NCBI RefSeq assembly: GCF_003072485.1
Contig: NZ_CP025989.1
Span: 570,001-602,000 of the forward strand
Source: Candidatus Fokinia solitaria
GTDB lineage: Bacteria > Pseudomonadota > Alphaproteobacteria > Rickettsiales > Midichloriaceae
Length of the DNA: 32,000 bases
Reading direction: 5' to 3'
The position numbers were made by a program, and so were the translations under genes. Numbering within the stretch: position 1 is the first letter of the stretch; each line of letters begins with the position of its first letter. The notes beneath the pieces were generated by a model. The model searched no databases. It worked only from the letters and a program-made list of their open reading frames with translations, and was not told the DNA's origin. This document shows, in pieces, positions 18,451 to 26,485 of the stretch.

Positions 18451-19443
18451 TTAAAAAGTCACAACAAAAGAATTTGCGCTACTATCTTCAACGAATGCTT
18501 TGATGATTGAGGGAAATTTTGATACTACTTCATCTGCTGATACAGCCTCTATAGGAAGTGATGCTATTTTTTTAGCTAAAAGATCAAAGGAATATAGCAT
18601 ATTTAATACGAAGCTCGCTTGAGAAATGAATTGATACTGTAATACTGAGCATTTCGTAAAGAATAGAGACTTTTCTTGCAGTAACTTCACGTCGATTGAG
18701 TCAATAGGCTGCCCTAAACTGCCGTAATTCACGATTGTACCGAAATTTAGCAGCGCATTCACCGAATACGGTATAGAAGAAGTCCCCATATTATCATACG
18801 TTACATGTACACCAGAATATTCGGTTAAATTTTTAATTTGACTTAGAAATGCGCTATCATCGTCAAGTGTTATAAAGTCATTACATCCAACTCGTACTTC
18901 AGAAGAGATATTCGCACCTTTCTTTACGACTCCTATTACTTTTTTTGCTTTTGCGTATTGTGCTATAACTCCAAGAATAATAGATTCAGCGGAAGTAGCA
19001 TTATGTATCAAGACTACCGTACCATCAAAAACTATATATACTTTCGCAAGTAAAATGTACGCTTGTATCAATTTGAAAAACATAGATACAGCAACGTTTG
19101 GCTGCAACCAATTCGGTAGAATAAGGATATTCGAAGCATTTAGGACGACATATTTGCTAAGCGTCTTACCGCTCTTTTTGATATACAGCACTATATCACC
19201 TACATTAAATTTCGCTTTCGCTTCCATATCTAAGTCCGTTATACGTCCACATCCTATATGTCCTATACAAAGACCGTTTTCACTCTTTGCGCTTACTACA
19301 TCCGATATATCAAGCCCTTCAATGGAAACGGCAATATTCTCCAGGAGAATACCCCGCCCCGCGTAAACATTTTCAGTATCGTCCTCTACTTTTCGTAAAC
19401 CATAACTACCACCGCTATAAAATGCTTCAAAGCGATACCCCAC
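18451..19443 (-). CDS. Quinone oxidoreductase / zeta-crystallin family (MDR) homologue with a degenerate cofactor motif
   Basis: 330 aa with a GTG start. It is collinear with E. coli Qor, for example FYSGGSYGLRKVE vs FHKHGGPEVLQAVE and YDNMG vs YDSVG. The FHAAAGGVG dinucleotide-binding motif reads IHNATSAES here. Confidence 0.75.
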   Translation of the reverse strand: MGYRFEAFYSGGSYGLRKVEDDTENVYAGRGILLENIAVSIEGLDISDVVSAKSENGLCIGHIGCGRITDLDMEAKAKFNVGDIVLYIKKSGKTLSKYVVLNASNILILPNWLQPNVAVSMFFKLIQAYILLAKVYIVFDGTVVLIHNATSAESIILGVIAQYAKAKKVIGVVKKGANISSEVRVGCNDFITLDDDSAFLSQIKNLTEYSGVHVTYDNMGTSSIPYSVNALLNFGTIVNYGSLGQPIDSIDVKLLQEKSLFFTKCSVLQYQFISQASFVLNMLYSFDLLAKKIASLPIEAVSADEVVSKFPSIIKAFVEDSSANSFVVTF

Positions 19444-19529
19444 GTCCTTAGCTATACAATCTTTTTTTGAATTCTAGCTATCATTTCTATTAATTTCAAT
19501 ATGATAATATAGATATTAAGATATGAATC

Positions 19530-20684
19530 TCATTCTTTAATTTTTACAATCCATCCTCCTCCTAACATTCTGTCACCGTCATACATAACACAGGCTTGTC
19601 CTGGAGTTACACCATCATAGCTTGAGAATAGAGTCACTATACCAGTACTATAGTCTTTTTCATTAAATCTTATGGAAGCTTCTGTACCTTTATGCGCAGA
19701 TCGCAACTTTACCGTACAATCTATAGTATGAAATGATGAATCTATATTATATAGATCTTCTGCAAGCCAGTTTATATCTCTAACATGCACTATTTTTGTA
19801 CTAAGATAACATCTTTCTCCAACAAATACCGTGTTAGTTGCCGCTTCTAACTTAACAACATACAATGGTTCTTTGCTTTGAATTCCGATACCTCTTCTTT
19901 GTCCTATTGTATAATTCACAATACCTGCATGTTCTCCTAAAATTGCGCCACTACTGACATGCACTATACTTCCTTTTTTTAAATCACTTCTATATTTTCT
20001 TATAACATCTCTGTAATTGCCATTCGGTACAAAGCATATATCTTGACTATCACGCTTCTTTGCCACATCTAGCTTAAAATACTCTGCTAACATTCTTGTT
20101 TCCGTTTTTTCCAAGTTACCTAATGGAAATCTCAAGAAAGAAAGCTGCTCCTTTGTTACAGAAAATAAAAAATAGCTTTGATCTTTTAGGTTACTAATAC
20201 CCTTCAACAAATGACATGCATTATTCTTAGATATTTTCCTCACGTAATGCCCTGTCACCATGCATGAGGCATCAAGCAACGTTGCAGCTTTCAACAAGTC
20301 TTCAAATTTTACAGTTTGATTACACAATATACATGGAATAGGAGTTTCTCCATTCTCATAACTATCGATAAATTTCGATACGACGGAGTTAAAAAAATTA
20401 TCCTTATAATTGAATACGTAATGTTTTATACCTATTTTCTGCGCAACCATTTGCGCATCGTATATATCTATACCTGCACAACATGCGCCTTTTCTGTTCT
20501 CTAAAGAATCGCTATCGTATAACTGTAACGTTACTCCAATCACATCATACCCCATATGCTTTAGAACTGCTGCAGCAACAGAACTATCCACACCTCCGGA
20601 CATCGCAACTACCACTCTCGAACCGAGAGAAAGATTATCTAAATTTTTCTCTATTTTCGACAAAATCTCCTTTACGTTATTCAT
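19530..20684 (-). CDS. mnmA: tRNA-specific 2-thiouridylase MnmA
   Basis: PP-loop VVVAMSGGVDSSVAA, catalytic Cys regions (KGACCAG, IPCILCN), and DQSYFL. The track start at 20699 is TTG, so I prefer the in-frame ATG at 20684. Confidence 0.92.
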   Translation of the reverse strand: MNNVKEILSKIEKNLDNLSLGSRVVVAMSGGVDSSVAAAVLKHMGYDVIGVTLQLYDSDSLENRKGACCAGIDIYDAQMVAQKIGIKHYVFNYKDNFFNSVVSKFIDSYENGETPIPCILCNQTVKFEDLLKAATLLDASCMVTGHYVRKISKNNACHLLKGISNLKDQSYFLFSVTKEQLSFLRFPLGNLEKTETRMLAEYFKLDVAKKRDSQDICFVPNGNYRDVIRKYRSDLKKGSIVHVSSGAILGEHAGIVNYTIGQRRGIGIQSKEPLYVVKLEAATNTVFVGERCYLSTKIVHVRDINWLAEDLYNIDSSFHTIDCTVKLRSAHKGTEASIRFNEKDYSTGIVTLFSSYDGVTPGQACVMYDGDRMLGGGWIVKIKE

Positions 20685-20719
20685 ACTTATTTCAAACAAA
20701 TATCATCTACTTCTACACG

Positions 20720-21322
20720 TTATACGTATTGCACGTTGTTCACTTTATTCACTAAATCTGCCCTTGCAACTTCATTTGAAGTGATCAGCTTTATATCCTC
20801 AATATTTGACGATAATATATCATATACTCTATCGACGAGAATTCTCTCTTCTTTCAAGAAGCTTTGCAAGACGAAATCACTAGCTGAAGCGAGCTTATCT
20901 TTCCCTATACCAATTCTGATTCTCCAATAATCATTACCTAAGCAAGAGTCTATTGATTTAATACCGTTATGTCCTCCACTACTTCCTCCTTTTTTGATTC
21001 TGATAGTGCCGCATTTGATATCTAAATCATCATGTATCACTATCACGTTATCAATTGAAATTTTCCAGTAGTGTACTACTTTTTGCGCTGGTTCTCCCGA
21101 ATTATTCATATACTTACCAGGTTTAAACAAGAATAATTTTTTGATACCTACATCATGTAACGCCGCTTCAATTACTCCAAACTCGCCATCATAAGCTTTT
21201 CCGAGTTTTACATTATATCTTTGACTTATAGTATCAATACAATCAAATCCTACATTATGGCGCGTACCGCAATATTTACGCCCTATATTTCCTAAACCTA
21301 TTATTATCATATATACAAACAT
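20720..21322 (-). CDS. pth: Peptidyl-tRNA hydrolase
   Basis: 200 aa. Shows IIGLGNIGRKYCGTRHNVGF and GGHNG(I)KS motifs. An alternative ATG at 21310 gives the usual MxxIxGLGN start. Confidence 0.92.
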   Translation of the reverse strand: MFVYMIIIGLGNIGRKYCGTRHNVGFDCIDTISQRYNVKLGKAYDGEFGVIEAALHDVGIKKLFLFKPGKYMNNSGEPAQKVVHYWKISIDNVIVIHDDLDIKCGTIRIKKGGSSGGHNGIKSIDSCLGNDYWRIRIGIGKDKLASASDFVLQSFLKEERILVDRVYDILSSNIEDIKLITSNEVARADLVNKVNNVQYV

Positions 21323-21373
21323 CTAAGCACCTTTTATCTTCATTATGGATACTACTCGCAAACTTTGTTTTCA

Positions 21374-22246
21374 ATGCATATCCATCTACATTTAGTATCG
21401 GATTCTTCTGGTAATACCGTTAAAGAACTTGGAAGAGCTGTAATAACTCAATTCTCAGATCTGAAGGTTGATGAGTATTTATGGTCATTTGTGAGAAGCG
21501 TGGAAAAAGCATCTGATATGCTTAATACGATCGATCACAGTTATGAGAATATAGTAATATACACAATAGCAGATGATGAAGTTAAAAGGTATTTAACAGA
21601 CGCGCTAAAAAAGAAGAATATATACTCTTTTTCTCCAATTGAAGAACCTTCCTTGAAGATACAATCTATCATAAATAAACCTGCAAGGAAAAATTTCGGT
21701 AAGAGTTTACTGGAAGAAAAACATTATGACGTAGCAGAAAGCGTCAGATTTGCAATAGAGCACGATGATGGTACTAAAATTGATGACGTAGAAAACGCTG
21801 ATATTGTACTGCTTGGAGTATCTAGAAGCTCTAAAACTCCTATTTCATTTTATCTTGCGTGTAAAGGATATAAAGTCGCTAACATTCCGATCGTACTCGA
21901 GTACAGAGATTATATTATGAATGAGTTAAGACGTATAAAATACAGCACATTTATTGTAGGTATAGACTTAGATGCGCAAACAATATATCAAAAGCGAAAA
22001 CACAGATTTCTTATGGAAAATACTGTACAAACAACGGTAAAAACACTTGCATATGGCAATTATACCGATATTAGTATCATTAATACGGAAGTAAAAAGCG
22101 CAAGAGACATATTCAGAGAACTAGATATTGACGTTATAAATGCCACTTACAGAGGAATAGAAGAAATATCTGCAGAAATTATCTCAATGTTCACATATTA
22201 TGCCAATAGTACAAATTTCACAAAAAGCAGTTTTATAACAAAGTAA
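21374..22246 (+). CDS. Pyruvate,phosphate dikinase / PEP synthetase regulatory protein (DUF299, PpsR/PDRP family)
   Basis: HLHLVSDSSGNTVKELGRAVITQF and IEHDDG...ADIVLLGVSRSSKTPISFYLA (P-loop) align with E. coli YdiA/PpsR. The track start at 21365 is TTG, and the first ATG is at 21374. Confidence 0.88.
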   Translation: MHIHLHLVSDSSGNTVKELGRAVITQFSDLKVDEYLWSFVRSVEKASDMLNTIDHSYENIVIYTIADDEVKRYLTDALKKKNIYSFSPIEEPSLKIQSIINKPARKNFGKSLLEEKHYDVAESVRFAIEHDDGTKIDDVENADIVLLGVSRSSKTPISFYLACKGYKVANIPIVLEYRDYIMNELRRIKYSTFIVGIDLDAQTIYQKRKHRFLMENTVQTTVKTLAYGNYTDISIINTEVKSARDIFRELDIDVINATYRGIEEISAEIISMFTYYANSTNFTKSSFITK

Positions 22247-22379
22247 TTATGAATTGGAGACGATATATAATATCAAAAAGACATCTTGTACAGAATAAGC
22301 AGTCTATAGATTGACAAGATCTACCGATAAGCTAATATATGGCGTAATTATACTACATTATTCAGATTGTTTTACTTCG

Positions 22380-23333
22380 ATGCGTGTGTCTCCTTTTCTA
22401 TTACTTCTTGCGCTTGCAATCAATATCTCTGCAGCGGAGGCTTCAGTTGAAAGGTATCAGCCTCAGTTTACTAATACTTTCACTACTCCAAATTTTAATC
22501 AAAAAACATGCGAACTCGGATTCTCATTTCTTTATAACAACAATTTAGACATAAAAGCGACAAGTGGTATACAGCAAAATATCGCACCATCTTCATCAGA
22601 AAAATTTAATAACATAACAGATATAAGTCAGAAATCGGCTTTGAATGGGATTAGTGCAGATTTGTTATATCTCGTAAGACAAGCTACATACGATAAAGGT
22701 AGAATTTTCCTGTATTCTGGCCCTACTCTATCTTACTTTCAGTATTGCCAAAAGAAAGGGAGAGAGCAATCAGAAATATTAAAAGAACTTAACTTTACTA
22801 CATTAACATTGCAAACAAAATTCGGTGGTACTGTAGATTTTTGTAAACACTTCTCTATTGGCTGTTTTTTAAATGGAAGCGTTGGAGCTGCGTATACTAA
22901 TCTGCTATTCGATTTTAATTCTCGTAAAAGGATCACTACTACTTCTAATATAGTATATTCTGACGCAAACTGTCTCACTCCCGCAACTATGGTCACTGTC
23001 ATTAGTGATTCGCAATCTAACCTCTTCGATATCGGCGGCATAAATCTGTACTACTCTTACGGTGCAGGTATACGTACAGAAATAAATAAGATGGTATTAG
23101 AATTAGGATTTACTAGATTTGACGATAAGATACAAATCTCTGATGAGAAAACGTATGCGAATGTAAGTAATACAAACTATCAGATTACAGAAAATGCACA
23201 ACAAGTAGCATCTTGTACCGCGCTAAAAGTCAATGCTATAGCACAAGGCTCTGATCTCATTAAGATCAGTAATCCTGAATTGCAATTTTCTGATCAATAT
23301 CTTATTACCTTTAGAATTGCGTATAGTTTCTAA
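22380..23333 (+). CDS. Outer-membrane beta-barrel protein (porin/surface-antigen-like)
   Basis: The internal ATG at 22380 gives a signal peptide, MRVSPFLLLLALAINISAAEA|S. The body has alternating hydrophobic beta-strand character, and the C-terminus FRIAYSF ends in Phe (an OMP beta-signal). The family assignment is by pattern only. Confidence 0.6.
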   Translation: MRVSPFLLLLALAINISAAEASVERYQPQFTNTFTTPNFNQKTCELGFSFLYNNNLDIKATSGIQQNIAPSSSEKFNNITDISQKSALNGISADLLYLVRQATYDKGRIFLYSGPTLSYFQYCQKKGREQSEILKELNFTTLTLQTKFGGTVDFCKHFSIGCFLNGSVGAAYTNLLFDFNSRKRITTTSNIVYSDANCLTPATMVTVISDSQSNLFDIGGINLYYSYGAGIRTEINKMVLELGFTRFDDKIQISDEKTYANVSNTNYQITENAQQVASCTALKVNAIAQGSDLIKISNPELQFSDQYLITFRIAYSF

Positions 23334-23355
23334 AAAGCATCATTCGTCACACTTG

Positions 23356-23381
23356 GCGCATAGTCGCGCTATAGCGCTTTT
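23356..23381 (+). terminator. Candidate intrinsic terminator after the OMP gene
   Basis: GCGCATAG-tcgcg-CTAT(a)GCGC forms an 8-bp stem with a 1-nt bulge. TTTT follows, then a second T-run (tcggtctttt). It lies 23 nt after the stop codon. Confidence 0.45.
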
Positions 23382-23616
23382 CGGTCTTTTACGATCGTTG
23401 ATGAATTCATGAAGAGAAGTACTTTCATCTATCACAGTTTTTGCGCACAACTCTGTATAGATGAAAAGGTATGACAACTGTTTTGGAAGCCTCTTTCACA
23501 ACGTTATTGAAAAAGGTTACTGCACATAACTATATTAGCACATGTTTGATCATTCACTTTTATATTTTCAAATTACTATACTTCTGCGATGCACATCTAA
23601 GTATTGTCACATCGTA

Positions 23617-23675
23617 ATTTGAACAGATGACCTACCGCTTACAAGGCGGTTGCTCTACCACTGAGCTAATTCGGC
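23617..23675 (-). pseudogene. Truncated tRNA-Thr(UGU) copy (5' 59 nt; 3' T-stem strand and acceptor strand missing)
   Basis: Identical to nt 1-59 of the intact tRNA at 25180-25254. Homology stops inside the T-loop, and the downstream sequence (TACGATGTGAC) cannot pair. Confidence 0.85.
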
Positions 23676-23729
23676 GTACGCAGCATGATGCTACGTGATA
23701 TCATAACGTGAATCAAGACAATCTCCTTC

Positions 23730-23966
23730 CTAGCATTGCGCCATAAGTGTATTCTCTATAATCTTCTTCCTACGTTTTCCGTATAAATTCGCTCTTTCTG
23801 ATTTATATTTGTTATCCAATAAATACGTAATACAGTCATCTAACTTATCCATAAATTCATCCATCCTATTGCTAAAGTCATGTACTGCATCCTTCACTAT
23901 CGAGCACCGTATTTCAAATCGCTGCTGTCCACTTAATCTATGATATAAGTTTACAGTGCTATCATT
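23730..23966 (-). pseudogene. 3' fragment (last 79 codons) of the alpha/beta hydrolase gene, duplicated copy
   Basis: Corresponds to 25309-25545 of the intact gene. It has no 5' part or start codon, and its upstream end is fused to the end of queC in a different frame. Confidence 0.85.
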
Positions 23967-24709
23967 ACAGTTCTCGAACCTCCTTGAAGATTGTTCGCCG
24001 TCATTCCAATATCACGAAGTCTACAAGCATCGCATCTTCCGCAATTTGTGACTGATAGCTGTCTTGGCTCTATACTCTCTTTCACCAATGGTCTATAGCA
24101 ACTCAACGTCATTGAGTAATCTACTCCATTCTTAAGTCCAAGCTTTACTATATCGGCTTTACTATAACGTGCCAAAGGCGCATGAACTCTAAGAGGCTTT
24201 TTACCATTTGCATACAAATTGCATCCTTGATTAATTGCATTCTGAAATGCTGTAATAAATCCACTACGGCAATCCGGATATCCTGAATAATCGACAGAAT
24301 TGACACCGATAAATATATCGTAACTTTTTATAGTTTCTGCATAACATGCAGCATGAGATAGAAAAATCATATTTCGTGCTGGCACATAAGTAGATGGCAC
24401 ATTCTGACGTTCTATATCACTTACTTCTCTATCTAACGGAAGAGGCAGTGCAGAATCTATCAACGAAGAGTAAGAGATATGAGAGATATCAAGCGTAACG
24501 AATATATGTTCGAAAACATCTAATTTATGCGCATTGAACTTTGCAAATTCGATTTCAGCTGCATTCATCTGTCCATACAAGAATGTAATAGCACATATAT
24601 CAAACTGCAGCTCATTCTTAACATAATGTGCTACAGTTACTGAATCTAATCCACCACTCAATAGCACAACTGCTTTACCTCTATTCATAAAAAAATTATC
24701 GCTGTTCAA
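23951..24709 (-). CDS. queC: 7-cyano-7-deazaguanine (preQ0) synthase QueC
   Basis: PP-loop VVLLSGGLDS, VPARN, DYSGYPDCR, and the C-terminal zinc motif CGRCDACRLR, collinear with E. coli QueC. An alternative ATG at 24688 removes the overlap with trxA. The last 5 codons and the stop lie inside repeat copy 1. Confidence 0.9.
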   Translation of the reverse strand: MNSDNFFMNRGKAVVLLSGGLDSVTVAHYVKNELQFDICAITFLYGQMNAAEIEFAKFNAHKLDVFEHIFVTLDISHISYSSLIDSALPLPLDREVSDIERQNVPSTYVPARNMIFLSHAACYAETIKSYDIFIGVNSVDYSGYPDCRSGFITAFQNAINQGCNLYANGKKPLRVHAPLARYSKADIVKLGLKNGVDYSMTLSCYRPLVKESIEPRQLSVTNCGRCDACRLRDIGMTANNLQGGSRTVMIAL

Positions 24710-25031
24710 TATAACTCTTTATCCACACATCTAACTGTTCCAAGGTAGCTGCACCTACTTGAGATGCAATCTGCTTTCCATCTTTATATAGAACAAGCAT
24801 TGGAATTCCTCTAACTCCTACGGAAGCAACAATTTCAGTATTTTCATCTACATTCATCTTACAAACTTTCACACGTCCTTCATAAGATTTCGCAAGACTT
24901 TCCAACACTGGAGAAAGCGCTTTACATGGTCCGCACCATGGTGCCCAAAAATCCACTAAAACATAACCACCTACTTCTACAACGGAAGCATTAAAATCTT
25001 TATCAGTCACGTCAATAACGTAATGAGACAT
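24696..25031 (-). CDS. trxA: Thioredoxin
   Basis: 111 aa with the canonical FWAPWCGPCK active site and a thioredoxin fold pattern. Confidence 0.93.
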   Translation of the reverse strand: MSHYVIDVTDKDFNASVVEVGGYVLVDFWAPWCGPCKALSPVLESLAKSYEGRVKVCKMNVDENTEIVASVGVRGIPMLVLYKDGKQIASQVGAATLEQLDVWIKSYIEQR

Positions 25032-25179
25032 AGCATGTATAGATCAAGTTTACGTACTACTTATTATCTCAAATAAAAGACTCTATGCAACTACAAATCG
25101 CTTAAGAGAAATTATTTTCGCATCTCAATCAGAAGAATACATATCTTATGTAAGATAGTAACGTACAACAGATTTCTAA

Positions 25180-25254
25180 TGGTGCCGAATATCTGATTTG
25201 AACAGATGACCTACCGCTTACAAGGCGGTTGCTCTACCACTGAGCTAATTCGGC
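25180..25254 (-). tRNA. tRNA-Thr (anticodon UGU)
   Basis: The reverse complement folds as GCCGAAT/TA/GCTC-AGTGGTA-GAGC/A/ACCGC-CTTGTAA-GCGGT/AGGTC/ATCTG-TTCAAAT-CAGAT/ATTCGGC-A-CCA. Confidence 0.9.
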
Positions 25255-25545
25255 GTACGCAGCATGATGCTACGTGATATCATAACGTGAATCAAGACAA
25301 TCTCCTTCCTAGCATTGCGCCATAAGTGTATTCTCTATAATCTTCTTCCTGCGTTTTCCGTATAAATTCGCCCTTTCTGATTTATATTTGTTATCCAATA
25401 AATACGTAATACAGTCATCTAACTTATCCATAAATTCATCCATCCTGTTGCTAAAGTCATGCACTGCATCCTTCACTATCGAGCACCGTATTTCAAATCG
25501 CTGCTGTCCACTTAATCTATGATATAAGTTTACAGTGCTATCATT
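25196..25545. repeat. Direct repeat copy 2 (the functional context: tRNA-Thr 5' part plus hydrolase 3' end)
   Basis: See copy 1. This copy is embedded in the intact tRNA and the intact hydrolase ORF. Confidence 0.95.
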
Positions 25546-26025
25546 GATCATTTTTGAATCACCGGAAGGATAGATGATAGTACCAGGTCCAGGACATGGT
25601 GATACAAAGTTAGAATCAGATTTACACTCAAGAGGAGAGCATAATACAAAATATCCGATATCAGGTCTTCTCATAAAAATACGCAATGCCAACACTGCAC
25701 CATAAGAAAATCCAAAGACTACTAATTGCGATGATTGAGGTACAGAGTCTCTCAGCCAATCTACAGCTAATGACACATCTACCAACTCTCCGATATTTTT
25801 TTTGAATTCTCCTTCAGAACGCCCTACACCTCTGTGATCATAACGCAGCACTGAAAATCCTCTATTAGCAAATCTTTTGAAAGTAGATTTGATAAGTTCG
25901 TTGTTCATACTACATTCATCAGGAGATCCGGACAATATGAGAACTGACGGTGCTGTCAGAAGAAATGCTCTATGAAAATAGCCATCCAACTTTCCGGAAT
26001 AGCCGCGAATTACCACATTTTCCAT
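25309..26025 (-). CDS. Alpha/beta hydrolase (COG2945-like)
   Basis: 238 aa. RYDHRGVGRSEGEF block, nucleophile elbow GFSYGA, and a C-terminal His (AVHDF). Confidence 0.8.
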   Translation of the reverse strand: MENVVIRGYSGKLDGYFHRAFLLTAPSVLILSGSPDECSMNNELIKSTFKRFANRGFSVLRYDHRGVGRSEGEFKKNIGELVDVSLAVDWLRDSVPQSSQLVVFGFSYGAVLALRIFMRRPDIGYFVLCSPLECKSDSNFVSPCPGPGTIIYPSGDSKMINDSTVNLYHRLSGQQRFEIRCSIVKDAVHDFSNRMDEFMDKLDDCITYLLDNKYKSERANLYGKRRKKIIENTLMAQC

Positions 26026-26218
26026 AACGTATTATATTAACGCACGTCATACACTCACAGTAGTGTACAGTAAATAATTTTGTATTCAATAACGATATCT
26101 TAAAACATATATCGTTTATCAACACTGATATATCTTGTGCAAAGAAACGTTTTGTGTTACGAACTGGTACAGTGAAGTATTTGAACAGACTGGTACGCCA
26201 TCCTGTTCAAGTGCGCAC

Positions 26219-26294
26219 GGGCAATTAGCTCAGCTGGTAGAGCATCTCGTTTACACCGAGGAGGTCGGCAGTTCGAACCTGTCATTGCCCACCA
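26219..26294 (+). tRNA. tRNA-Val (anticodon UAC)
   Basis: GGGCAAT/TA/GCTC-AGCTGGTA-GAGC/A/TCTCG-TTTACAC-CGAGG/AGGTC/GGCAG-TTCGAAC-CTGTC/ATTGCCC-A-CCA. Confidence 0.9.
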
Positions 26295-26306
26295 TGCTTT
26301 TCGCTA

Positions 26307-26383
26307 GGGGGCGTAGCTCAGTTGGTTAGAGCGTCGGCCTGTCACGCCGAAGGTCGCGAGTTCAAGTCTCGTCGCTCCCGCCA
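26307..26383 (+). tRNA. tRNA-Asp (anticodon GUC)
   Basis: Acceptor GGGGGCG/CGCTCCC (one G-U pair), anticodon loop CTGTCAC, T-arm GCGAGTTCAAGTCTCGT, discriminator G, CCA encoded. Confidence 0.9.
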
Positions 26384-26485
26384 TTTTATTTCGCTTGATA
26401 TCTTCGCTACCTGTAGGTAAAATTATTGCACTGGTTAGACGTATTTTATATACTCCCCGTATTGATTTTATCTATTACTCTTCAA

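Larger units (their letters stand above)
23617..23966. repeat. Direct repeat copy 1 (350 bp, 346/350 identical to 25196-25545)
   Basis: Base-by-base alignment at a constant offset of 1579 nt shows no indels and 4 transitions, at 23772, 23793, 23868 and 23883. Confidence 0.95.

Noticed and set aside
24719-24727. Perfect DnaA box TTATCCACA
   Set aside because: It is a single occurrence inside the trxA coding sequence, consistent with chance.
26426-26485. N-terminal 20-codon extension of rpsH from a TTG start
   Set aside because: The extension (MHWLDVFYILPVLILSITLQ) has no counterpart in S8 proteins. Homology begins at the ATG at 26486.
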